This document shows positions 43,183-51,484 of a DNA stretch of 51,484 nt, in pieces (position 1 is the first letter of the stretch; each line of letters begins with the position of its first letter). The position numbers and the translations under genes were made by a program. The DNA is taken from positions 1 to 51,484 of IMG/VR virus record IMGVR_UViG_3300048558_000096, one strand, 5' to 3'. The stretch comes from a virus (lineage: Duplodnaviria; Caudoviricetes). The notes under the pieces are model-generated. The model had not been told where the DNA came from. It saw nothing but the letters and a program-made list of their open reading frames with translations, and did no database searches.

Positions 43183-46019
43183 TGCCTTCGCCCCTCAATC
43201 ACAATCAGCTCGAATTGCTCACCAGCACGCAAGCGGCGCTGATTGATGCCGCCTTGGCCGCGCGCAGCCTGAAGGTTGCGGAGTTGGTTGAGATTCACTT
43301 CAAGAAGCCAACGCCGGCGCGCAAGATATACGCGTGGTGGAATCCGCTCTCCGATCCCGCCTACACCGATCCGCTAACCGACTGGCTCGATGGCGATCCG
43401 CTGATACCCGGCTTCGTCGCCAAGGACACAGAGAAGCGCGAGCGTTTCCATAACATCCCGCGCACCGCGGCTCTTTCAGATGACACGATCCAGATGGAAT
43501 TTGCCAATTATGGGCGCGTGTTCGAAGGGTTGGCCGTGCAGAATCGCGGCGCGAGAGTGGAGGTTTACTTCTTCCTTCCTGAAATTCCCGACGACGCTGC
43601 CGGAACTGATTATTCCGTCGTCTGGCAGTTTACGGGCCACCTGATGCGCAACGGCCCGGCCAATGAGGACTTCGTTCCAATTGCGGTTCGCAGTGGCATC
43701 CGCTCGCCGAATGTCATCGTGCCAAGCTGGGTATCCGGCTCAAACTGCCAGAATTACTACAATGCCCATAAGGTGAACGGGGTATATGTCTTTCCCGATG
43801 GACTGCCGGACAACCCCTGCGACATAGACTTACATTTCGGCGGCACGAAAGGCGTGGTTGATCCGCTCACAGGCGAACTCCCCCATACGTGTAACAAGAC
43901 CTTCGACCAGGGCACAAACAATTGCGTGGCAATCAATGGAAGTGTTGAAGCCGCCCGCCGCATCTACGGCGGCGATGATTACGTGATCGAGTCAACGCTG
44001 ATTGGATACGGCGATCACAAGACGCGCAGCTCAACCATTGGCAACGAGAGTCGCAACGAAAATGAGCGGGTCATCTACGGCAAGCGGCACGTGAAGTTGA
44101 TGCATGTGCGCAGGATGGCGAAGGAGTTTAATTCCAACGAAGACGAGCAGGACCAGGGCACAGTGCGACTGGTAGCCAGCGTCAGCCACGGGCCAATCAA
44201 GTCCATCACCGAAGTGAAGGCGAACGACCGCCCGCTCCCTCGCTCGGATGGACTTGGCCTCGAAATTCGACTCGGCACGCAACGGCAGGAACCGACGACA
44301 TATAGCGACGATATGATGGGCTTGAATCGAATTGCCCACATTCGCGGCGACCTGAACCCAATTGATCCGACCGGTATGCAGCCGCAGGATATGAACGTTG
44401 AGTGCACGGCGGAAGGCCGGGACACGGTCAATATCTACGACGCCGACGGCAGCTACACTCAAGCCTACACCTTTAATCGAATTGATTGCGTTCTGGATTG
44501 GCTATTAAATCAGTGGTACGGGTATCGGATGAGTTTTGATCGGCTGTATGGGCCGGATATTCCCTACCTGCGAGCCTTGAATTCGAACTACCACGTTGAC
44601 CTGCAAGCCAGAACGGTTCAGCAGCACATCGAAGACGCCTGTCGCGCGGCGGTCGGCGGCGGCTCGCCTGGCTGGTTTAGACCGTTCTTTTATGGTGGCG
44701 CGTCGGGTGGTGGCGGTGTATGGAGATTCCTGCCCATCCTCAACACTGACCTGACGCTCGCCGACATTCCAACTATCAAGTCGAACTTCGGCGCAACCCG
44801 CCGAGTGATTATTGACGAATCCACGAAACTGCCGCGCATTACGCCCGACAGCAAAGACACGCTGGACATCCGCAATTCGTACATCGTCTTCATCGAAGAC
44901 GCGGAACACGGCAACATTGATCGGCAGATCACATTTAATGCCGACGAAGACCAGTACGAAGAGGGAAGTCAGTACGGTGACGGCTCGAAGCGTCGTGACC
45001 CGAAGCAGGTAGACGGGACCGGGCTGACCACGGAAGCGGAAGCGCGTGTGCTGGGTGAGTTCTTGATCAAGATGGGCGAGTTCTGCACCGGCGGCTTATA
45101 CAACAACGGCACGCTGAAGGTGACGATCCCGGCATTGTGGTCGGTTGGACTGAACCTGCACCAAAACAAAATTGCCCACTTTCCCATCGAAGACAACGAC
45201 CGGCTTGAGCACTACAAAGACACCGACGGCAACCCATTTGAATATTACATGGTCACGTCGCTGTTTCGGAATTCCAGACTTGATCTTGAGGTAAACCTTC
45301 AGGCCTGGTCAGAGCCGTTCTGGAATACGTTCTGCTTTACACCAGGCGGCCGCGCGAGTGGGTACGTCACCTGGCCAGTGGGCGAGGCCGACGCAATTGA
45401 CGGCCCGAATGGCGTGCGAACGATGATCTACGCCGTCAGCGCAGATCGTGGCGCGCACGGCACCACTTATCCAGATACTATTGATCCGGGCACGGTAACC
45501 TTCGATAAGTGGACGCACACAATTACAGCCCTGCCTCCTGTTGGCAAAACCTACTTTGTCAGTTTTCCCGGCATCCCCCTCGGCTTCCTGGTTTGGTGGA
45601 ACGGACAGGTGTGGATTTATGCGGACAGTGGAGTTGACGCGGCCGTACTGCTGCCACCTGGCTCCGTCGGCGCCGGTGACACGCTCAGCCTGGAATGGGA
45701 TTACAACGGCGGCTCGCCAGTGCGCAGATATAAGTGCAGCGGTGTAACGAAGCTAACCGATTCCTCGCCCACAGTGATTTTGCCAACAACGAACTTCATT
45801 GGCGCGAACGCGACGGACACGGGCGTTTATATCGGGCCAATCTCGTGGGAAGTCGTGTACAGCGGTTGCACATCTGATTACGCCGTCCAGCCGGTGGGGC
45901 AGACCGGCACGTCGTCAGTGGCAGGCACGCCCGGAACACCGGAGGCATTTGACGTGCTGGCGTATCAGGTTTTTGAAAGGCCGGAAGACCATTTAGAAGT
46001 TGAAGTTTTTGGAGAATAA
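43182..46019 (+). CDS. Tail tip / baseplate hub protein
   Basis: About 945 aa; CNKTF..C (gpL-like), IYGKR, SHGPI..I, L.N.WYG tail-tip motifs; TAATG coupling. Confidence 0.75.
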   Translation: MPSPLNHNQLELLTSTQAALIDAALAARSLKVAELVEIHFKKPTPARKIYAWWNPLSDPAYTDPLTDWLDGDPLIPGFVAKDTEKRERFHNIPRTAALSDDTIQMEFANYGRVFEGLAVQNRGARVEVYFFLPEIPDDAAGTDYSVVWQFTGHLMRNGPANEDFVPIAVRSGIRSPNVIVPSWVSGSNCQNYYNAHKVNGVYVFPDGLPDNPCDIDLHFGGTKGVVDPLTGELPHTCNKTFDQGTNNCVAINGSVEAARRIYGGDDYVIESTLIGYGDHKTRSSTIGNESRNENERVIYGKRHVKLMHVRRMAKEFNSNEDEQDQGTVRLVASVSHGPIKSITEVKANDRPLPRSDGLGLEIRLGTQRQEPTTYSDDMMGLNRIAHIRGDLNPIDPTGMQPQDMNVECTAEGRDTVNIYDADGSYTQAYTFNRIDCVLDWLLNQWYGYRMSFDRLYGPDIPYLRALNSNYHVDLQARTVQQHIEDACRAAVGGGSPGWFRPFFYGGASGGGGVWRFLPILNTDLTLADIPTIKSNFGATRRVIIDESTKLPRITPDSKDTLDIRNSYIVFIEDAEHGNIDRQITFNADEDQYEEGSQYGDGSKRRDPKQVDGTGLTTEAEARVLGEFLIKMGEFCTGGLYNNGTLKVTIPALWSVGLNLHQNKIAHFPIEDNDRLEHYKDTDGNPFEYYMVTSLFRNSRLDLEVNLQAWSEPFWNTFCFTPGGRASGYVTWPVGEADAIDGPNGVRTMIYAVSADRGAHGTTYPDTIDPGTVTFDKWTHTITALPPVGKTYFVSFPGIPLGFLVWWNGQVWIYADSGVDAAVLLPPGSVGAGDTLSLEWDYNGGSPVRRYKCSGVTKLTDSSPTVILPTTNFIGANATDTGVYIGPISWEVVYSGCTSDYAVQPVGQTGTSSVAGTPGTPEAFDVLAYQVFERPEDHLEVEVFGE

Positions 46020-46022
46020 GCA

Positions 46023-46367
46023 ATGGCTACTTATACAAAAGTAAAACTGTCTGGCAGCACGGACGGACGCGGCGTAAAGATCACAACGACGGGGTCGCCG
46101 GGTGATCTGATCCATGAAGCACATCCAACAAGCTTGGATGAAATCGTTCTGAGCGCGTGGAACAAGGATTCCAGCGATCACACGCTGACGATCCAATTTG
46201 GCGACAACGCAGACTTGATGCCCGTGGTCGTGCCTGCGGGCGTGGGAGTAATACTGGCCGTACCTGTTGGGGCGCACGCGATATTGACGAACTCACTCCC
46301 TGTGCGCGCCTACGCGGATGCGGCGAATCATATTTACGTCGTCGGCTGCGTCAACCGGATAACGTAA
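46023..46367 (+). CDS. Small tail-associated protein
   Basis: MATYTKVKLSGSTDGR..DEI.L.A.N..G.VNRIT; GGAG RBS. Confidence 0.65.
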   Translation: MATYTKVKLSGSTDGRGVKITTTGSPGDLIHEAHPTSLDEIVLSAWNKDSSDHTLTIQFGDNADLMPVVVPAGVGVILAVPVGAHAILTNSLPVRAYADAANHIYVVGCVNRIT

Positions 46368-46454
46368 AGAGTGGACTAATTCTCGACATCAAAAAGGGAA
46401 TTGGGCCATTTAGCCGATAACTCATTGAATCTATTAAAAGAGAAGGTGGACTAA

Positions 46455-48128
46455 ATGAAGTTTGAAGTATTACCGTTGGGCCATGCCAGCAAGCGGGGAG
46501 TATTTTTCGGAATATTCTTGGTCGTTCTTGCTAGTCTTGCGCAGGCTCAGACTCTGACCACAAATCTGCAAATCCCCAAACCAACCGTCGGCGCGCCGAT
46601 TCCGCAGACGCAAAGTACATTGCGCACGGCGCTGGATCAGCTTGATTCGGCGACGGCCGGGAGATTGAGCAAGTCGGTTGCCGGCGGCTCGGACGTCACG
46701 CTGACGACAACCGAAGCGCGCAACGCGGTGCTGGAATTCACCGGGATACTGACCGGCAACATCAACGTGATCGTGCCGACGAAGGCGCGGAAATACATCG
46801 TCTACAACAACACGACCGGCGCGTTCACTCTGACGGTAAAAACATCCGGCGGCACCGGGATCGCAGTTACACAGGCAACTCGCGTCTGGCTCTACTGTGA
46901 CGCTACGAACGTCGTGCAGCTCGACGCCGGCAGTACGGGTGCAAACTCCGCGCTGAGTAATCTGGCCAGCGTCTCGATCAATACATCGCTGCTCGCTCAG
47001 GCCGGCGTTGACCTTGGCTCGACCCTGAAGCCGTTCCGCGATCTGTACCTGTTTGGGGGCGGTACGTATGGGACGAACTACTTCAAGATCACCGGGACAC
47101 CGACGGCTGCCCGCGTCTTTACGCTGCCCGACTTGGCCAGCAGCACCTTTGCTCTGATTGCCGGCGCGCAGACCTTCAGCGGGAAGGTATTCGACAATAC
47201 GAACATCTTCAATAGCTACCACGACGTGACACGCATCGTCGCGCCATCGAACCCGGCCAGCGGCAGTCTTCGGTTATTTGCCAACAATGCTACCGGCAAG
47301 CTGGCGTGCCTGGATAGTTCCGGCGCCGACTGTATGCCGTCGGGCGGCGGAGGTGGCGCACCGGCGCTATCGGCAGTCACTGATCCAACCGGCAATTGGT
47401 CGCTGGCAATGGGAGCAAACCTGGTCACGCTTACGTGGGCAGGGAATTACGGTTCCTCCACAGCGTGGAAATTCGCAGGAAACAACACCTCTGCAACCGG
47501 GCCACTGGTCGAGATCAATACCGGGATCGGCAACAACCAGGTGCCGTTTCTGGTCGGTTCGCGCGGCGGGCAGGCCCTGAAGACGGACGTGCTAAACAAC
47601 GTGATCATCGGGCAAACGGGCGGAATGTCCGGCAGCGCAACTGACGGCTTTCCTATGATTCCGTACATCAGCTCAAACGGCGAGCCGAGCGGAACTCCGT
47701 CGCTTGGCTCTGGCGCGATCGCTCTCGAAAATGACGGGATCTTCGGAGAATATCGTCTCTGGGCATACCTCAACAGCGCCTGGCGACTGTTGACGCCAAC
47801 AGGCCGCCTGTATGACTCGCAAAGCGGTACTGGCGCGCAAACGATTGATTGGAGTCTCTCCCGCGAATCAATCGCAACTCGCACGTTGAGCATGACAGGG
47901 AACGTGACACTGACATTTACGTCACCGCTGAAGTCGGGGGTCATCGTGACATTAGTGCTGGTGCAGGACGCGACGGGCAGCAGGCTGGCGACCTGGCCAG
48001 CATCCGTGAAGTGGCCGAGCGGGACGGCTCCCACGCTGAGCACTGGCGCAAACAAGAAGGACGTTTTTCAATTCGTATGGGATGGCACAAATTATTACTC
48101 GCTGTCTCAATCAATTGACGTAAGGTAA
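46455..48128 (+). CDS. Tail fibre with N-terminal signal peptide
   Basis: ..GVFFGIFLVVLASLAQA-Q, TTNLQIPKP anchor-like segment, C-terminal QDATGSR..WP..VKW..GTAPTLST..D.F.F fibre-tip domain. Confidence 0.8.
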   Translation: MKFEVLPLGHASKRGVFFGIFLVVLASLAQAQTLTTNLQIPKPTVGAPIPQTQSTLRTALDQLDSATAGRLSKSVAGGSDVTLTTTEARNAVLEFTGILTGNINVIVPTKARKYIVYNNTTGAFTLTVKTSGGTGIAVTQATRVWLYCDATNVVQLDAGSTGANSALSNLASVSINTSLLAQAGVDLGSTLKPFRDLYLFGGGTYGTNYFKITGTPTAARVFTLPDLASSTFALIAGAQTFSGKVFDNTNIFNSYHDVTRIVAPSNPASGSLRLFANNATGKLACLDSSGADCMPSGGGGGAPALSAVTDPTGNWSLAMGANLVTLTWAGNYGSSTAWKFAGNNTSATGPLVEINTGIGNNQVPFLVGSRGGQALKTDVLNNVIIGQTGGMSGSATDGFPMIPYISSNGEPSGTPSLGSGAIALENDGIFGEYRLWAYLNSAWRLLTPTGRLYDSQSGTGAQTIDWSLSRESIATRTLSMTGNVTLTFTSPLKSGVIVTLVLVQDATGSRLATWPASVKWPSGTAPTLSTGANKKDVFQFVWDGTNYYSLSQSIDVR

Positions 48129-48132
48129 TAAC

Positions 48133-48203
48133 AAAAGTAAAGCCGGACTTTCGCCCGGCAGGTTCAGCGGCAGCCAACTCAGCTTAAGAATGCGCCGCTA
48201 GTT
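48133..48203 (-). ncRNA. Candidate small RNA 1
   Basis: TTGACA-16 bp-TAGAAT (48237 to 48210); TAGCGGC/GCCGCTG stem with 22-nt loop; GCCGGGCGAAAGTCCGGC-TTTACTTTT terminator. Confidence 0.65.
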
Positions 48204-48260
48204 GGCGGGATTCTACACCTCGAGCTGTTGATGTCAAAGAGTTTGAAGCCACCAGAAATG

Positions 48261-48299
48261 AAAATATTGGGGCTAACCAGAAGCCAGCCCCAATATTTT
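48261..48299. terminator. Bidirectional-type terminator
   Basis: AAAATATTGGGGCT/AGCCCCAATATTTT 14-bp inverted repeat. Confidence 0.75.
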
Positions 48300-48315
48300 G
48301 AAAGACGGAATCAGG

Positions 48316-48867
48316 TTATTTCAGTTCTGTCAGTGAGATGTTATCAAGCTGCACTGATCTACCCAGGCCACCCGGATTTGTGAGCCTGAAAATGAGTAAC
48401 GGGGTTGTTCCATAACCTGATGGGACATAAAAATCATAGATCAGCTCAGTCCCAACAAATGTCGGTGTAAGCGGAATGCTATAAGTTATCGGCGTGCCGC
48501 CGTCATCAATTTCCGCTTCAAGGGTCATCCCGCTGGGGCGACTGGTGGTATAGCCAAGAGCAAGCCGATAATATCTATCAGCCGTAATAGAAATCGTCCG
48601 GTCAATTGAGACAATGCCTCCAGTGGAGGGGGTGGACATAACGCACACATTTCCGACTAACGGCGCGCTCAAAGTTGTTGTTTGATTCGTGGCCGAAGTG
48701 AGGGGAGGGGCGGTGACATTCCATCCAGCCATGCCGCTGCCACTTGGAAAATCACTATTACTGGTTACAAGGTTAGCGCCCTGAGCCAGCGCGAAAGACG
48801 CCCCGGCCGTAAGCAACAGAAAAGTAGCGACGATAGACAAAGCTGTCCTATTCAGATTGAACTTCAT
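48316..48867 (-). CDS. Secreted beta-sandwich (carbohydrate-binding-module-like) moron protein
   Basis: Signal peptide ..SFALA-Q; NLV.NSDF..G..GW start and LDNISL end typical of CBM4/9-like folds; AAGGAG RBS. Confidence 0.65.
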   Translation of the reverse strand: MKFNLNRTALSIVATFLLLTAGASFALAQGANLVTSNSDFPSGSGMAGWNVTAPPLTSATNQTTTLSAPLVGNVCVMSTPSTGGIVSIDRTISITADRYYRLALGYTTSRPSGMTLEAEIDDGGTPITYSIPLTPTFVGTELIYDFYVPSGYGTTPLLIFRLTNPGGLGRSVQLDNISLTELK

Positions 48868-49497
48868 ATTTCTCCTTATAGATAGATTTAGAGTAGCAGG
48901 TGCCGCTTATGTGCTGCCGCATAGCAGTACCTTAACAGCACCTAGTTGAGGGGAAAGCTATCCCACAAAGGTCACACGTATCGCCTCCTGCCTGAAGCTT
49001 GGGGTTGCCCATTGCAGGTAGACGTAGTTGAGGAATAACTGACAATTGCACCACGCAAAAGGAATTGCGCGTTAAAGATCGTGGTTTAGGCTATGAGCTA
49101 AAGATCGTTTTGGAGGACAAGTTAGCAGAGGTAACTAAAAAAAGAGTTGTTGTGGCAACTTCTATATTTTTTTTATTTGGAGTGACCTGTAAGGCAGGAG
49201 GGTTATACTCCCCTAAAACTAACGGGTCAATACTGAAAATGACATCTTACGTGAATTAATTACCATGTAGGCATATCTTAAAGATCAGCGTCAGATAGTG
49301 AAGCCATCTCGTCAGATACTGAAGTTATCTTGTCGGATGACGGATTACAAGCTGGTAGGAGTGTGTCCATGTTGGCTATTCTACGATTTTTGCGTATACC
49401 TCGAATGCACAATTACTCGAAATTCGCGCCACCTCCGCCGCAGGCGAATTGGAGACAGACGGCGGAGTTTTGGTTCAGGTGAGGGCAGCGGCGGAGA

Positions 49498-49566
49498 CAG
49501 TAAAGCCGCACCTATTCGATGCGGCCCTCGGCAGCACAAACTTAACCAAACAAAAAGCTGCCAGTT
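49498..49566 (-). ncRNA. Candidate small RNA 3
   Basis: TTGACT-16 bp-TAAAAT (49600 to 49573); GGCAGC/GCTGCC stem with 21-nt U-rich loop; GCCGCATCGAATAGGTGCGGC-TTTAC. Confidence 0.65.
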
Positions 49567-49610
49567 GGGGGGATTTTAGACCGGCGGCTTGCAGAGTCAA
49601 GCTTTTCCGT

Positions 49611-49853
49611 TCAATCCGAAAACTCTTCTGGAGTGTCAAGGTCGGGCGGCGAAGGCGCTTGCTTCGGCTTGCTTCGCGCGGAAGACTTGCGCCCAGCGCT
49701 GATCTGTTTCAACTCGTGGTCAAAGTAGATGTGACACATGGGGCATCTCCACATTGGCGGCTGGCGATTCGCTGGATCAAGTTTTTGCTCGCACTCTGGA
49801 CACGGCGGGCCGTTGGTGAGGGTTGCGATTTCGGGAAGAGCGTTATCAGGCAT
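49611..49853 (-). CDS. Small zinc-ribbon protein
   Basis: CPEC..CPMC; AAGG before ATG 49853. Confidence 0.55.
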   Translation of the reverse strand: MPDNALPEIATLTNGPPCPECEQKLDPANRQPPMWRCPMCHIYFDHELKQISAGRKSSARSKPKQAPSPPDLDTPEEFSD

Positions 49854-49887
49854 TGCCTTTATATAACAGGTGGGATATAAGGCGCGC

Positions 49888-49957
49888 AAATGGCAGCGAT
49901 ACGTCGCTTGACACCTCGTGACGCTGCTGAAAGGCCGGGCGAAAGTCCGGCTTTATT
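49888..49957 (+). ncRNA. Candidate small RNA 2
   Basis: TTGCCT-17 bp-TATAAG (49853-49881); TGGCAGCG/CGCTGCTG stem with 23-nt loop; same 22-mer terminator as sRNA 1. Confidence 0.6.
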
Positions 49958-49996
49958 GCGCAAAGGACTCTGTTCAGTAGAGTCCGATAACAGCAC

Positions 49997-50662
49997 TTAC
50001 GTGGTGTTACCGGGCGACAGGCTGAGTAACTCCCATCGGTCAATCTCGGCCATCAATGCGCGGTGATTCCCAGCCTTTGCTAAATCAAGTGCGCGGGCAA
50101 ATGCCTGCACGCCATCGGATTGCTTATAAATTGTGTCCCGATAAAACGGACCGCGCAGGATGCGCCGAAGCAACGCCGCATCCTCTGGATCGTCATAGAT
50201 CACCTTCGGTCGCGTTCGCTCGTAGCTACTGGCGGCCTGCGTAACAATGGCAGCGTAGTTTGGAAGGCCAAGTTCGACGGCTTCTAGATCGCAGGCGTCA
50301 TAATCGCATTCGTGCACCAATTCAAAGTTAATTACAGTAGCATCGTTCGGGAAGAAGGCATCTAGTATTCGTCCGTCAAGGGCGTCCTGCTCGCGCCGCA
50401 TGCAGTCGCACTTGAAGGGACGCGGCACGTCGCCGGTCACGCACTCATGGGCATCGTGCAGGAAGCCCCACAGCAGGTTTATCGGCTCTTTTGAGCGTCT
50501 ATATGCCAGCAAGCCTACGAAGACAAGATGCGGCAGCAGCGGATACCAGACCGAACCACCAAAGCGACAAAGACGCCCGGCGTGTACGGCAATATCCATT
50601 GCGGTTGGCGTTCCTGTCGCGCCACCAATGGTCTGAACGTGGATTCCAGATTGTGTGATCAT
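49997..50662 (-). CDS. HD-superfamily phosphohydrolase (YfbR-like deoxynucleotidase)
   Basis: DIA....LCRFGG..Y....H, FLHDAHE..TGDVPRPFK, CD..A..LE. Confidence 0.8.
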   Translation of the reverse strand: MITQSGIHVQTIGGATGTPTAMDIAVHAGRLCRFGGSVWYPLLPHLVFVGLLAYRRSKEPINLLWGFLHDAHECVTGDVPRPFKCDCMRREQDALDGRILDAFFPNDATVINFELVHECDYDACDLEAVELGLPNYAAIVTQAASSYERTRPKVIYDDPEDAALLRRILRGPFYRDTIYKQSDGVQAFARALDLAKAGNHRALMAEIDRWELLSLSPGNTT

Positions 50663-50970
50663 CTCTCAGCCTCCAAGTGTGATAACGCGACGCATCCGGC
50701 CACGCCGCAAATCTCTTTCACTCTGACGCCTGGCGTCAGCACTTCCCCGGCCAGAATCAGCGCAGCGCGCGCCGGCGTTGTTACCAGATCATCGTCAATC
50801 CTGAATCTCGGCCCGCCCGTCCAAAGACGATGGGGCGTTGAGTCGGTCTCGACGGTGCGAATGAATGCAAGGAATCGAAGCGCGGCGTCGGTGATGGGCT
50901 TGGGCTTAATATCAACCCGCACACTGACGCCTTTGCTGTTTTGGCCGATGACGTAAAAGCTCATTGCCAC
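50659..50970 (-). CDS. Degenerate HNH-endonuclease-like protein
   Basis: LWTG..RAA..G..CG..GCV..SHL scaffold without the catalytic His/Asn. Confidence 0.5.
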   Translation of the reverse strand: MAMSFYVIGQNSKGVSVRVDIKPKPITDAALRFLAFIRTVETDSTPHRLWTGGPRFRIDDDLVTTPARAALILAGEVLTPGVRVKEICGVAGCVALSHLEAER

Positions 50971-51179
50971 ACCTTATTCGCTTTGCCGAAATCTTCGAGC
51001 AGTCGCGCCGTCATCAGTGGCACAGACACATCGAACAGTTTCGCCAACTCTTCTACTTGCTGGCCGTCGGTTAGATCGATTCTACCGCCAAGCTTCTCGA
51101 CTTCTTTTGCGAGCAGAGACGGCGGCACAAGCAGGTAGGCCGCGAAGATGTTCGCTTCGGCTTCTTCTTCGTTAGTCAC
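50961..51179 (-). CDS. ImmA/IrrE C-terminal half only
   Basis: EAEANIFAAYLLVP..LAKLFDVS....RL without HExxH; ATGA/GTGA-type coupling. Confidence 0.6.
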   Translation of the reverse strand: MTNEEEAEANIFAAYLLVPPSLLAKEVEKLGGRIDLTDGQQVEELAKLFDVSVPLMTARLLEDFGKANKVWQ

Positions 51180-51484
51180 TCGTCCTCGCTTGGCTTGATA
51201 ATATCTGGGTACAAAGCCTTGATCGTCCGCTTATCCGCATCTGTTGCCACGCGCTGTGTAACCCAGTTGTCAGAGTGGTCAGCAAGCCGGACAAGCCACA
51301 CATCGCCATCGCTGAAATTGTGAAGCGCGAAAATTCCTGCCTCGCCATCAATCTGGCAGCCCACTGGACAAGTATTAGGTATACCGTTGCTTTCCTTCTC
51401 ACTGGCTTCAACTTCCTCAATGGTCGTCGGGAATTTATAGCCAAGCCTTGCTTGCTCTATCCAAAGTCTTTTCAGTACAGTCAT
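51176..51484 (-). CDS. Hypothetical protein at the window edge
   Basis: ORF coupled to the downstream gene; start may lie outside the window. Confidence 0.45.
   Translation of the reverse strand: MTVLKRLWIEQARLGYKFPTTIEEVEASEKESNGIPNTCPVGCQIDGEAGIFALHNFSDGDVWLVRLADHSDNWVTQRVATDADKRTIKALYPDIIKPSEDE

Larger units (their letters stand above)
1..51484. mobile_element. Temperate siphovirus-like prophage, nearly complete
   Basis: Integrase, switch, replication, terminase, portal, capsid and long-tail modules in canonical lambdoid order; no host housekeeping genes seen. Confidence 0.95.

Noticed and set aside
49065-49579. ORFs 49065-49259 and 49298-49579
   Set aside because: No RBS or motifs; they overlap promoters and RNA structures better explained as non-coding
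49908-49913. TTGACA as a rightward promoter -35
   Set aside because: No -10 box at 16-18 nt; it lies in the loop of sRNA 2
1-51484. CRISPR array, diversity-generating retroelement, retron or IS element
   Set aside because: No regularly spaced repeats, reverse transcriptase motifs or transposase seen; the sRNA units are dispersed, each with its own promoter

Overview
The window is an apparently near-complete ~51.5 kb temperate siphovirus-like prophage; the attachment sites fall outside it or are not visible. A TIGR03437-like domain suggests an Acidobacteria host (inference). Gene order: tyrosine integrase and ImmA/IrrE protease; an AT-rich NACHT NTPase moron and small accessory genes; a divergent switch of two ribbon-helix-helix-like genes with operator repeats and no recognisable CI; an early/replication operon (SWIM, excisionase-like, DUF559, ERF, atypical tRNA-CAT, replication initiator with iterons, ParB-like); a holin-like gene; packaging and head genes (TerS, TerL, portal, MuF with a zincin extension, scaffold, capsid); a siphovirus tail (-1 frameshifted chaperone, tape measure, tip, fibre); right-arm morons. 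Strongest leads: (1) a goose-type lysozyme domain inside the tape measure, divergently paired with a secreted PliG-like inhibitor that has its own promoter, a candidate superinfection-exclusion system; (2) four dispersed ~70-nt small RNAs, each with its own sigma70 promoter, a stem closing a variable 21-27 nt loop, and shared terminator hairpins; (3) two fibre-like proteins and their neighbours carry Sec signal peptides, and no endolysin is recognisable; (4) a repeated AAAT-N17-(-10) late promoter motif that appears to drive leaderless transcripts. All family assignments come from motif recognition by eye, not from database searches.
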